A stretch of DNA of 64,000 nt from an uncultured Trueperaceae bacterium (GTDB lineage Bacteria > Deinococcota > Deinococci > Deinococcales > Trueperaceae). Position numbers and translations under genes: made by a program. The notes below the pieces were generated by a model. It was not told where the DNA came from. It saw only the letters and a list, made by a program, of their open reading frames with translations, and searched no databases. The stretch spans positions 128,001-192,000 of the forward strand of contig CAWFFU010000011.1 of the NCBI GenBank assembly GCA_963815215.1, read 5' to 3'. Below, in pieces: positions 9,984 to 21,860 of this stretch (the first letter of the stretch is position 1; each line of letters begins with the position of its first letter).

Positions 9984-10673
9984 ATGACCGAACGCCGCTA
10001 TCGCCGCATCCAGGAGGTCCTGGACCGGCGCCAACCGGACCTGACGATCCTGGCCGAGGACGTGTACAAACCGCACAACCTGTCGGCCATGCTGCGCTCC
10101 AGTGACGCCGTTGGCATCGGCACCGTCCACGCCGTACGGCCCACCGGCGGTGTGCCCACCTACAACGCCACCAGCGGCTCGGCCGAGAAGTGGGTTGACC
10201 TCCTGGTCCACGACACGCTGGAAGCCGCGCTGGCCCACCTGCGCGCGCAGGGCATGCAGCTGCTGGCGGCGCACTTCTCCGACCGAGCGGTGCTCTACGA
10301 CGCTGTCGACTACACACGGCCCACCTGCGTTGTGTTCGGCAACGAGAAGCAGGGAGTGACCCCGGACTGCGCCGCCGCCGTCGACGGGCACGTGCTGATC
10401 CCCATGCTCGGCATGGTGAGCTCGCTCAACGTCTCGGTCGCGACCGCCGTCATCCTCTTCGAAGCGCAACGCCAGCGCCGCCGGGCCGGGCTCTACGACG
10501 GGAACCGGCTCGGCGAGGCCGAGCGCAACGCGCTGGCACTGCGCTGGCTCCACCCGCGACAGGCCCGCTGGTTGGAGGCGCGCGGGCTGCCGTTCCCTCG
10601 GCTCCTCCCCGATGGGTCGCTGCCGGCCGACACGGTGGCAACGCTCGCTGACGCGGAACGGGAGAGCGGCTAG
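9984..10673 (+). CDS. trmH: tRNA (guanosine(18)-2'-O)-methyltransferase
   Basis: MTERRYRRIQEVLDRRQPDLT, KPHNLSAMLRS, FGNEKQG, IPMLGMVSSLNVSVA SPOUT motifs. Confidence 0.94.
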   Translation: MTERRYRRIQEVLDRRQPDLTILAEDVYKPHNLSAMLRSSDAVGIGTVHAVRPTGGVPTYNATSGSAEKWVDLLVHDTLEAALAHLRAQGMQLLAAHFSDRAVLYDAVDYTRPTCVVFGNEKQGVTPDCAAAVDGHVLIPMLGMVSSLNVSVATAVILFEAQRQRRRAGLYDGNRLGEAERNALALRWLHPRQARWLEARGLPFPRLLPDGSLPADTVATLADAERESG

Positions 10674-10682
10674 GCTGGGGCC

Positions 10683-11816
10683 ATGCCAACCCGTGCCGCG
10701 CGACGTTCCGCTATCGCCCGCGCCCTGCTCGTGATCGGCCTGCTCGGCGCAGGGAGCGGATTCGGGCAGAGGCTCGAGCCCGCGGCCCGCGGCCTGTCGC
10801 AACCGCTCGCCGTGGCGACGGCCGGGGACGGCCGCCTCTACGTCGTCGAGCAGGCGGGAACCGTGCGCGTGGTGGAGAACGGCGCCCTCGCCGAAGCTCC
10901 CTTCCTCGACCTGCGCGACCGAGTCCGAAGCGGCGGAGAGCGCGGCCTGCTGGGTCTGGCGTTCCCTCCCGATTACGCCGCCAGCGGGCGCTTCTACGTC
11001 GACTACACCGACGGCAACGGCAACAGCGTGCTGGCGCGCTTCGCGAGGGTGGACGGCGCAGTCCGCGGCGATCCGGCGTCCGGCCGGACGCTGCTGGAGG
11101 TACGCCAGCCGTACGCCAACCACAACGGCGGCAACCTGGTCTTCGGCCCCGACGGCTTCCTCTACTGGGGCCTCGGCGACGGAGGCTCCGGCGGCGACCC
11201 GCAAGGCAACGGACAGGACCCTGCCACACCGCTCGGCACCATACTGCGCCTCGACGTCTCGGGCGACGGCGCCGTGGCCGCCGCCGGCAACCCCTTCCTC
11301 GACCGCGCGGATGCGCGTCCGGAGGTGTGGCTGTACGGCCTGCGCAATCCCTGGCGCTTCAGCTTCGACCGGTCGACGGGCGACCTCTACATCGGTGACG
11401 TGGGCCAGAACGCCATCGAGGAGATCGATTTCCTGCCGGCCGGCGCGCAGGGCGGACAGAACTTCGGCTGGAACGTGATGGAGGGGGATCATTGCTACCG
11501 ACCGGCGCGGGGTTGCGATCCCTCCGGCAAGACGCCGCCGATCGTGACCTACCCGCACGACGCTTCCTGGGGCAACTCCGTGACCGGCGGCTACGTCTAC
11601 CGCGGCGCCGCCATACCCTCCCTGCAGGGCGCCTACCTGTTCGCCGATTTCGGCAGCGGCCGGGTATGGACCGCGCGCCGCGACGCCTCCGGCGCCTGGC
11701 AGGTCGCGAAGCTCCTCGACACCGGTCTCGCCATCTCCAGCTTCGGCCAGGACGACCGCGGCGAGCTGCTGCTGGTCGACTACGGCGGCGGAGTCCTCTA
11801 CCGGCTGGTGCCATGA
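10683..11816 (+). CDS. PQQ-dependent soluble sugar (glucose/sorbosone) dehydrogenase family
   Basis: Signal peptide; GERGLLGLAF, NHNGG, GLRNPWRFSFD, DVGQN. Confidence 0.9.
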   Translation: MPTRAARRSAIARALLVIGLLGAGSGFGQRLEPAARGLSQPLAVATAGDGRLYVVEQAGTVRVVENGALAEAPFLDLRDRVRSGGERGLLGLAFPPDYAASGRFYVDYTDGNGNSVLARFARVDGAVRGDPASGRTLLEVRQPYANHNGGNLVFGPDGFLYWGLGDGGSGGDPQGNGQDPATPLGTILRLDVSGDGAVAAAGNPFLDRADARPEVWLYGLRNPWRFSFDRSTGDLYIGDVGQNAIEEIDFLPAGAQGGQNFGWNVMEGDHCYRPARGCDPSGKTPPIVTYPHDASWGNSVTGGYVYRGAAIPSLQGAYLFADFGSGRVWTARRDASGAWQVAKLLDTGLAISSFGQDDRGELLLVDYGGGVLYRLVP

Positions 11817-13537
<1,721 letters not shown>

Positions 13538-13567
13538 GCGAGCCGGCGCCGGCGTTCCCAGCGACCG

Positions 13568-14122
13568 TTAGCCGTCCGTCGCCGCGGCCATCTCGGTTTC
13601 CTTCTGTCGCTGGTAGGCCTCGATGGTCGATCCGATGAGCGCGTGGGTCTCGTCCATGCCGTGCCACTGGTCGACGTGCGTGTGCTTGCCCTCGAGTTCC
13701 TTGTAGATGGTGAAGAAGTGCTCGATCTCGCGCAGCCGGTGGCGCGAGATGGTGTCGAGATGGCGATTGCTGTCGTAGCGGGGGTCGTCCACCGGTACCG
13801 CGAGCAGCTTCTGATCGCGCCCCTTCTCGTCGCTCATCTCCAAGTACCCCAGCGGCCGCGCCCGCAGCACCGCGCCCGGGAAGGTGGCGCGGGTGATCAG
13901 CACCAGGATGTCGACGGGGTCGCCGTCGTCGGCCAGGGTGCCGGGAACGAAGCCGTAATCGCCCGGGTAGTGCATGGGGCTGTACAGGACGCGGTCGAGC
14001 CGGAAGATCCCCAGCTCCGGGTCGTACTCGTACTTGTTGCTGCTGCCGGACGGCACCTCGATGACGGCGTTGACGACGTCCGGTGCGTTCTCGCCGGGGC
14101 TCATGTCCTTGAGGTTGGTCAC
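13568..14122 (-). CDS. ppa: Inorganic pyrophosphatase
   Basis: NKYEYD, YPGDYGFVPGT, DGDPVD, IEHFFTIYKELEGK; GTG start overlaps the pdxT stop. Confidence 0.95.
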   Translation of the reverse strand: MTNLKDMSPGENAPDVVNAVIEVPSGSSNKYEYDPELGIFRLDRVLYSPMHYPGDYGFVPGTLADDGDPVDILVLITRATFPGAVLRARPLGYLEMSDEKGRDQKLLAVPVDDPRYDSNRHLDTISRHRLREIEHFFTIYKELEGKHTHVDQWHGMDETHALIGSTIEAYQRQKETEMAAATDG

Positions 14123-14757
14123 GTGGGTTCTCCTGTCTCGAGAGCGGGCTCCGCCCGCACGCCGCACACGGTCTCCAGGAACAGCGCGTGCACGCGGTCG
14201 TCGCCGAGGAGCTCGGGGTGGAACACGGTGGCCATGAGACGCCCTTCGAGGGCCGCCACGACGTCATCGTCGTAGCGAGCCAGCACCCGGACCCCTTCCC
14301 CCACCCGGGTGATGCGCGGCGCCCGGATGAAGAGGGCGTGGAAGCGCTCGTCGAGCCCCTGGATGTGCAGGTCGGCCTCGAACGACGCCACCTGGCGGCC
14401 GTAGTCGTTGCGGGCTACCGAGATGTCCATGACGCCGAGGCGGGGTTGATGCGGGAAGCCCACGATGTCGACCGCCAGCTCGATGGCGCCGGCGCACGTC
14501 CCCCACAGCGCCCCGCCCTCGCGGTGGAAACGCTCCAGTGCAACGTCCAACCCGTAGTCGCGCATCAGCTTCGCCATGGTCGTCGACTCCCCGCCGGGGA
14601 TCACCACTCCCTGCAGGCCGTCCAGATGCCGCGGCAAGCGCACCTCGACCACTGTCGCGCCGAGGCGCTCGAACGCCTGTCGGTGCTCGCGGAAGGCCCC
14701 CTGGAGGGCCAGCACACCGATGCGTCGGGAGGAGGCGGCGTCGTCCACGGCAGTCAT
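14119..14757 (-). CDS. pdxT: PLP synthase glutaminase subunit
   Basis: GVLALQG, PGGESTT, GTCAG, FIRAP, FHPEL. Confidence 0.96.
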   Translation of the reverse strand: MTAVDDAASSRRIGVLALQGAFREHRQAFERLGATVVEVRLPRHLDGLQGVVIPGGESTTMAKLMRDYGLDVALERFHREGGALWGTCAGAIELAVDIVGFPHQPRLGVMDISVARNDYGRQVASFEADLHIQGLDERFHALFIRAPRITRVGEGVRVLARYDDDVVAALEGRLMATVFHPELLGDDRVHALFLETVCGVRAEPALETGEPT

Positions 14758-14858
14758 TGTGTCACGGCAACGACCACCGCCGGCCCGGCCCAGGCGACGC
14801 TCCGGCCTCCCCGGGCCCGGTGGGAGCGGGGGCAGGCACGGGAGCGCGGCTCAGGCGC

Positions 14859-15764
14859 TCAGCGCGACGCCGCCTCCACTCCCCGCACCAGCGCGCGCGC
14901 GACGACCTCCTGCACGGCGATGGAGAGCCCCACCAGGGGAACGCGAGCCCCGCGACCGGTGGAAAGCACGAAGGTGCTGTCACCGTCGTGAAGCGTGTGC
15001 GAGGGGCGGGTGACACGCGCGATGCCCATGTGCGCGCTCTGCGCCAGGGCGCGCGCCTCGGCCTTCGCCAGGGGTGCGTCGGTGGCGACTACGACCAGCG
15101 TGGTGTTGCTCCCGAAGGGGTCGATGGCGAGCGCGGCGGCGGCCGGCGTCAGCGCCTCGGCGGGACCGGCCACCAGCATCCCGGTCTCCGGGTGCACCAG
15201 GCTGCCGACGGCGTTGCTCACGCCCAGCGCCGCTACGGTGGCCCCCTCGAGACGCAGCATGGCGCTTCCCACGCCGCTTCGCACCATCCCCTCGATCCCG
15301 GTCAGCTTGCCGACGGTGGCGCCGGTGCCGGCGCCCACAGCGCCCTCGGGCACCGGCTGCGGGCCCGCCGCCGCCGCCGCCGCGAAGCCGGCCGCCGCGT
15401 CCGGGCGGATCCCAGCGTCCCCCACCGCCAGGTCGAACAGGGCGGCGGCCGGCACGATCGGTACGCGGGCGAACGGGGTCTCGAAGCCGCGACCGTGCGC
15501 CTCTAGCCAGCGCATCACGCCGTCGGCCGCTGCCAGGCCGAAGGCGCTGCCGCCTGTCAGGAGCACCGCGTCGACCCGGTCCACACTCTTCTCCGGCGCC
15601 AGCAGCGCCGTCTCACGCGAACCGGGGGCGGGCCCGAGCACCAGTCCGGACGCCACGCAGCCGCCCTCCGGTGCGAGCACCACGGTGCACCCGGTGCGCG
15701 CTTCGGCGTGGGTCCAGTGTCCGACGTGGACCCCTTCGACGGCTGTCAGACTGGTGTTCAGCAT
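14859..15764 (-). CDS. P1/S58 (DmpA-like) peptidase
   Basis: TGCTVVL, GGSAFGL, GAVGAGTGA, NTTL, DGD. Confidence 0.9.
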   Translation of the reverse strand: MLNTSLTAVEGVHVGHWTHAEARTGCTVVLAPEGGCVASGLVLGPAPGSRETALLAPEKSVDRVDAVLLTGGSAFGLAAADGVMRWLEAHGRGFETPFARVPIVPAAALFDLAVGDAGIRPDAAAGFAAAAAAGPQPVPEGAVGAGTGATVGKLTGIEGMVRSGVGSAMLRLEGATVAALGVSNAVGSLVHPETGMLVAGPAEALTPAAAALAIDPFGSNTTLVVVATDAPLAKAEARALAQSAHMGIARVTRPSHTLHDGDSTFVLSTGRGARVPLVGLSIAVQEVVARALVRGVEAASR

Positions 15765-15848
15765 GGTCGCCTCGCGGGCTGCGCGGCCGCTCGTCCGGCG
15801 AGCGGAAGCGGACCGGACGACGGCTCCCGCCGCTCGATCGTGCCGTCG

Positions 15849-18131
15849 CTAGGGTCGGGCCGGGTTGGTGGAGGTGGAGGCGCCGCCCGCCGACGGGACC
15901 GCGCCCGGCGGAGCAGCGGAACCGACCTGCGCCCCGGCCGGAAGGTACTGGTCGACATCCTTGGGATCCACCTCGATCATCTTGATCTGGTCGGGGGGCG
16001 TGTCGATGGTGGCCCGCTTCCCGGTGCGCTTGTCGATGGGAAGCTGCAGCTTGACCGTGGATAGGAAGCCCTGGCTGCTCAGGTCGGTGGTCGACTTGAA
16101 CGCCGCCTTGGTACCGGTCGGATCGAGCGCGCCGGTCTTCAGGTCGATGTTGTGGAACACGATGCCGTCCGGCACCGGGAAGCCGGTGGGGTCGGCGGAG
16201 TGCCCGCGCAACGCGCCCTGGGCGAACGTGTTGAACGCGAAGATCGGTTGCTGCGAGCTGGTCACCAGGTGACGGGTGCCGTCAGTGTCGGTCATGTACT
16301 TGGGCATGGGCTTGTTGTCGTCGTTGCCGATCCACACCGCTCCCACCAGCCCGGGCGTGAGGCCCACGAACCAGATGTCGCGCTCCGAGTCGGTGGTGCC
16401 GGTCTTGCCGGCCAGCCAGTGACCGGGTACGTTGGCACGCCACGACAGCGCCCAGTACGGCTTCCGGTCGACGATGTTGCCATGCATCATGTCCAGCATG
16501 ACGTAGGCGGTCTGCGGGCTCCACACCCGCGCACGACGCGGATGGGCCTCGTACAGCACGTTGCCCTGGGAGTCCTCGACCTTGTTGACGAAGTAGGGCA
16601 CGGTGTACACGCCGCCGTTGGCGAAGGCCGCGATGGCCGCGGCATGCTGTAGCGGGGTCACCTCGAAGCTGCCGAGCGCCATGCCGAGGTAGGGCTTCAC
16701 GCTGTAGCCCAGCTCCCGAGCCTTCTCCGCCACGGCCTCCGGCGTGGCGGCCTCCAGCGCCTTGACGGCGGGGATGTTACGACTCCGGTCGAGGTTCTCG
16801 CGCGCCGTCTGGAAGCCGTCGTAGGCGTTGTCCCACTCCTTGGGCTGGTAGTCGGGCTGGCCCTTGACCTTGAAGATGGTCTTGTCGTCGACCAGGATGC
16901 TCGCCTGGTTCAATGCCCCCTGCTCGACGCCGGTGGCGTAGACGATGGGCTTGAACGACGAGCCGGGCTGACGGTAGGCCTGGATGGCGCGGTTGAACTC
17001 CTGCGGGGGCTGGCCGGGGCCGAGCTTCTGCCCGACCATCGCCAGCACGCCGCCCGTTCGCGGGTCGATGCCCACGATCGCCATCTGGGCGCCCGGCGGG
17101 ACCTGCGTGGAACGGCTCGCCTCGTTCGCCGCCTTCTGCGCCTGCACGTCGATGGTGGTGTACACCTTGAGGCCGCCGCGGCCGAACACCATGGTCTCGC
17201 CGTAACGCTGCGTCAGCCAGTTGCGGACCGCCAGCACCACACCGCGCGACAGGTCGGAGCTGATGCTCGCCTGCAACACGACGTTCTCACCGGTGCGGGT
17301 GGCCTTGACCACGTCGCCCTTGTCGTCGTAGGTGACCTTCCAGCCGCGCGGCTCGAGCTTGAAGTCCCACGCCCGCTGGGCGGTCTCCTTGGAGATGGTG
17401 CCGCGCCGCACCATCTTGTCCAGCACGTCCCTCATCCCCTGCCGGGCGCCGAGGAAGTCCTCGTGCATGGCGTTGGGCGCCGGGATGAGCCGTGCCAGGT
17501 AGAGACCCTCGGCCAGGTTCAGCTCGATCGGGTCCTTGCCGAAGTAGGCCTGCGAGGCGGCGCGGATTCCGTACACGTTGCCACCCCAGAACACCACGTT
17601 GATATAGCGCTGCAAGATCTCCGGCTTGGTCAGGCGCCGCTCCAGCTCGATGGCCAGCATGATCTCCTTGGCCTTGCGCTCGAGCGAGCGCTCGCTGGCG
17701 ATGTTCTGCAACACCGTGTTCTTGATGACCTGGGTGGTGATGGTGGAGCCCCCGCGGTTGGAGTGTGCGAAGAACTCCTGGTAGGTCGCCTTGGCGAGCC
17801 CGGGCAGGTCGAAACCGTAGTGCCGGAAGAACTGGTCGTCCTCCGACGCCACGATGGCCTCCAGCGCCGCCGGGGACACCTGGCTCAGCGTCACCGGGAT
17901 CCGGTTGGTCGGCTCCTTGTCCTTCCCGACGGCGGGGACGATCGTCCCGATGCGCGTTCCGTCCTGCGCGTACACCTCCGTGTTGGAGGTGTACTCGAGC
18001 GCGTCGACCTGGTCGAGCGAAGGAAGATCCTGCGCCCAGTGAAGGAACGACGAGCCCAGGAGGGCCACGAGCGACAGGATCGCCGTGAGGGCGAACAGGT
18101 AGAGCCCCTGGACGACTTTCACGAGGTTCAT
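15849..18131 (-). CDS. Class A penicillin-binding protein (PBP1A-type)
   Basis: EDDQFFRH, GGSTITTQ, RKAKE; transpeptidase SSFK, SRN, KTG; alternative GTG start at 18122. Confidence 0.93.
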   Translation of the reverse strand: MNLVKVVQGLYLFALTAILSLVALLGSSFLHWAQDLPSLDQVDALEYTSNTEVYAQDGTRIGTIVPAVGKDKEPTNRIPVTLSQVSPAALEAIVASEDDQFFRHYGFDLPGLAKATYQEFFAHSNRGGSTITTQVIKNTVLQNIASERSLERKAKEIMLAIELERRLTKPEILQRYINVVFWGGNVYGIRAASQAYFGKDPIELNLAEGLYLARLIPAPNAMHEDFLGARQGMRDVLDKMVRRGTISKETAQRAWDFKLEPRGWKVTYDDKGDVVKATRTGENVVLQASISSDLSRGVVLAVRNWLTQRYGETMVFGRGGLKVYTTIDVQAQKAANEASRSTQVPPGAQMAIVGIDPRTGGVLAMVGQKLGPGQPPQEFNRAIQAYRQPGSSFKPIVYATGVEQGALNQASILVDDKTIFKVKGQPDYQPKEWDNAYDGFQTARENLDRSRNIPAVKALEAATPEAVAEKARELGYSVKPYLGMALGSFEVTPLQHAAAIAAFANGGVYTVPYFVNKVEDSQGNVLYEAHPRRARVWSPQTAYVMLDMMHGNIVDRKPYWALSWRANVPGHWLAGKTGTTDSERDIWFVGLTPGLVGAVWIGNDDNKPMPKYMTDTDGTRHLVTSSQQPIFAFNTFAQGALRGHSADPTGFPVPDGIVFHNIDLKTGALDPTGTKAAFKSTTDLSSQGFLSTVKLQLPIDKRTGKRATIDTPPDQIKMIEVDPKDVDQYLPAGAQVGSAAPPGAVPSAGGASTSTNPARP

Positions 18132-18248
18132 GCTACCAGGGCGGCCGATGAGCCGGAGGTAAGGAGCCGCGCACGGGGCCTCATGCTCGTGCCCCGGTCC
18201 CGCCCCCGACGGGCCGGCGGCCACTCGGCCGCCGACGGCGCCCCACGC

Positions 18249-19172
18249 TCACCAGCCGCGCGTGGCGAGCAGCTCCTCCTCTTTGAGGGTGTCGAGGTTG
18301 ATGCCGACCATGGCCTCGCCGAGGTTGCGCGACACCTGCGCCAGGATCTCGGGATCCTCGAAGTGCGTCACGGCCTTGACGATCGCCTCGGCCCGTCGCA
18401 GCCAGGCCTCGTGGCGCTTGCCTTCGTCCTGCTCGCTCATCGCGGACTTGAAGATACCCGAGCCCACGAACACGCCGTCGAGGCCGAGTTGCATCATCAT
18501 GGCGGCGTCCGCCGGCGTGGCCACGCCTCCGGCCGCGAAGTTCACGACCGGCAGCTTGCCCGTTTCGTGCACCGTGCGCACCAGGTCGACGGGCGCACCG
18601 TGGTCCTTGGCGTAGGCCATGAGCTGCTCGGGACGCAGCGCCTGGATGGCGCGGATCTCCCCCATCACGGCGCGTGCGTGGCGCACCGCCTCGACCACGT
18701 TGCCGGTCCCGGCCTCGCCCTTGGTACGGATCATCGCCGCACCCTCACCGATGCGCCGCAGCGCTTCGCCGATGGTGGTCGCACCGCACACGAACGGCAC
18801 CGTGAAGGAGAACTTGTCGATGTGGTAGGCCTCGTCCGCCGGCGTGAGGACCTCCGACTCATCGACGAAGTCCACGCCCAGCGCCTGTAGGATCTGCGCC
18901 TCGACGAAGTGCCCGATCCGCACCTTCGCCATCACCGGGATGGAGACGGCGTCGATGATCTGCTCTATCAGCCCGGGATCGCTCATGCGGGCTACCCCGC
19001 CTTGAGCCCGGATATCGGCAGGCACGCGTTCCAACGCCATGACCGCGGTCGCGCCGGCGTCCTCCGCGATCCGCGCCTGATCCGCCGTGACGACGTCCAT
19101 GATGACGCCGCCCTTGAACATCTCGGCGAAGCCCGTCTTCACCTTGGTGCTGCCCACCGTCTTCTCTGCCAT
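18249..19172 (-). CDS. pdxS: PLP synthase lyase subunit
   Basis: [42 protein letters not shown]-terminal RGW. Confidence 0.97.
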   Translation of the reverse strand: MAEKTVGSTKVKTGFAEMFKGGVIMDVVTADQARIAEDAGATAVMALERVPADIRAQGGVARMSDPGLIEQIIDAVSIPVMAKVRIGHFVEAQILQALGVDFVDESEVLTPADEAYHIDKFSFTVPFVCGATTIGEALRRIGEGAAMIRTKGEAGTGNVVEAVRHARAVMGEIRAIQALRPEQLMAYAKDHGAPVDLVRTVHETGKLPVVNFAAGGVATPADAAMMMQLGLDGVFVGSGIFKSAMSEQDEGKRHEAWLRRAEAIVKAVTHFEDPEILAQVSRNLGEAMVGINLDTLKEEELLATRGW

Positions 19173-19379
19173 GGCCACTCCTTCTCGCCTTCGCCCCGGC
19201 CCTCGCGCCGGCAGCTCCGCACGCCGCCACGGGCGTCGACCCGGGGCGCGCGCTCGCCTTCGTCCAACCCCATTGTGCCGCAGCCCCGCCGCGACCGCAT
19301 GGAGTATACGCGACGCCGCCCGGCGTCGCAGCCCCGCGCGGCGCCGGGTTCGGCCGGCGCGAGCCGGGCCCGGCCGGGC

Positions 19380-20423
19380 TCAGGATCGCGTGAAGGCGAT
19401 GTAGTCGTCGAGCTTTCGCAGCGCTGAGCCTTCGGCGATGAGATCGAGCGCGTGGGCCACGCCTCCGCGCAGGTCGTCCGCCACGCCGGCCAGGTAGAGC
19501 GCAGCGCCGCTGTTGAACGCCACCACATCGCGCTTGGCGCCCTCGATGCTGCCGTCGAGCACGCCGCGAAGGGCGGCGGCGTTGGCTTCGGCGTCGCCGC
19601 CGGCGATCTCCTCCAGCCGGGCGCGTTCCAGCCCGACCTCCTCGGGCGTCACCACGTAGGTCCGGCGCTCGCCGCCGGGCATCAGCTCGGTCACCTTCGT
19701 CGGCCCGCTCACCGTGAAGTCGTCGATACGGTCGCCGTGCACCACCAGGGCGCGCTCCACCCCGAGTCCCGCCAGCACCTCCGCCAGCCGTTCCGTCAGC
19801 TCGGCGTCGTAGACGCCCATGAGCTGCCGGTCCGCCGACGCCGGATTGGTGAGCGGGCCGAGGTTGTTGAAGATGGTACGCGCCTTCAGGTCGGCACGGA
19901 TCGGCGCCACGAACTTCATGGCGGGGTGGTGATTGCGGGCGAACATGAAGGCCAGGCCGAGGCGGTCGATCGCCTCGGCGAGGCGCTCGGGGCTCTGGTC
20001 GAGATCGGCGCCCAGCGCCGCCAGCACGTCGGCGGAGCCCGACCTGCGGGTGATCCCGATGTTGCCGTGCTTGGCGATACGGACGCCCCCCGCAGCGATG
20101 ACGAACATGGCGCTGGTGCTGATGTTGATGGTCTCGATGCCGGTGCCGCCCGTGCCGCAGGTGTCGAGCAGGGGACCATCGGGACGCACCGGCACGTGAA
20201 TCGCGCGTTCGCGCATGGCCTCGGCGAAGCCGACGATCTCCTCCACGGTCTCGCCGCGCGTGCGCAGCGCCGCCAGCAACGCTGCGGCCTGCATCTGCGA
20301 GAGCTGGCCGTCCATCAGCCGGCCCATGACGTCCCGTGCGGTGTCGCGGCTGAGCGTCTCGCCGTCGAAGACGGCACCCAGGATCGCCGCGATATCGGAT
20401 TTCGGGTTCGGCTGCTCGCTCAT
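19380..20423 (-). CDS. trpD: Anthranilate phosphoribosyltransferase
   Basis: DTCGTGG, NIST, KHGN, GSAD, RTIFNNLGPLTNP. Confidence 0.96.
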   Translation of the reverse strand: MSEQPNPKSDIAAILGAVFDGETLSRDTARDVMGRLMDGQLSQMQAAALLAALRTRGETVEEIVGFAEAMRERAIHVPVRPDGPLLDTCGTGGTGIETINISTSAMFVIAAGGVRIAKHGNIGITRRSGSADVLAALGADLDQSPERLAEAIDRLGLAFMFARNHHPAMKFVAPIRADLKARTIFNNLGPLTNPASADRQLMGVYDAELTERLAEVLAGLGVERALVVHGDRIDDFTVSGPTKVTELMPGGERRTYVVTPEEVGLERARLEEIAGGDAEANAAALRGVLDGSIEGAKRDVVAFNSGAALYLAGVADDLRGGVAHALDLIAEGSALRKLDDYIAFTRS

Positions 20424-21268
20424 GCGGACTCCTCCACGGTACTCCTCTCACGCTCGCATGCGCCATCCAGGTAGGCGCGCTCGTAGGCGACGCTGCCGCC
20501 GCCGAGCCGTTGGAACCAGCCGCCCAGACCGACGCCGAAGAGCAGCCGTTTCGCGGCCACCTGCAGCGGGTGGAGGCCGAGTCGCCAACGCAACGGCGGG
20601 TGACGCTCGACCACGCGCGCGGCGTTGGCGCCGGCGGCACGCGCCTTCGTAGGGTCGCCGCCCTCCCGCGGGTCGGGGCCCAGGTGCACGACGGAGGCCC
20701 CGGGCAACGCGCGGAACGGCACCCCCGCCTGCGCGAGGCGGTACCCCAGCTCCAGGTCCTCGCCGCCGTAGCCGGGGAGCGCCTCGTCGAAACCTCCGAC
20801 CTGCCGGAACGCCACCGCCGGCACGCTGCTGTTGGCCCCGTTCAGGTTCCAGAACCCCACCCGGCCGGGCCTCCACCAGCGCCGCTCGCCGCCCGCTTCG
20901 AACGCCACACTGCCGATGGCGGCGCACAACCCGCTCTCCTGCTCGGCCACGTGCCGGGCCAGAGCCTCGGGCGCGGGCAGGCAGTCGTCGTCCGAGAACA
21001 GCAGGATGCTGCCGCAGGTGCGCTGGGCGCACGCGTTGCGGGCGACGCCGGCGGGCAGCCGTTCGGGCGTCTCGAACAGCTTGAGCGAGAACGGAAGGTG
21101 GAGGGCCTCGAGGGTAGCGATGCTGCCATCGTCCCCCCCGTTCAGGCACACCACCCACTCGAAGCGCTCGGGCTCGAGCGTCTGCGCCGCCAACGCCTCG
21201 GCCTGGCGTCGCAGCTCTCGCGGCCGCCCTCCGGCGACGGTCAGCACGCTGATGTACGGGCAGGGCAC
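20420..21268 (-). CDS. Family 2 glycosyltransferase
   Basis: ARN, FSDDD (DxD), GGFDE, GYGGEDLELGYR; GTG start inferred at 21268. Confidence 0.85.
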   Translation of the reverse strand: MPCPYISVLTVAGGRPRELRRQAEALAAQTLEPERFEWVVCLNGGDDGSIATLEALHLPFSLKLFETPERLPAGVARNACAQRTCGSILLFSDDDCLPAPEALARHVAEQESGLCAAIGSVAFEAGGERRWWRPGRVGFWNLNGANSSVPAVAFRQVGGFDEALPGYGGEDLELGYRLAQAGVPFRALPGASVVHLGPDPREGGDPTKARAAGANAARVVERHPPLRWRLGLHPLQVAAKRLLFGVGLGGWFQRLGGGSVAYERAYLDGACERERSTVEESA

Positions 21269-21279
21269 GGCGCGACCGC

Positions 21280-21855
<576 letters not shown>

Positions 21856-21860
21856 CGCCG

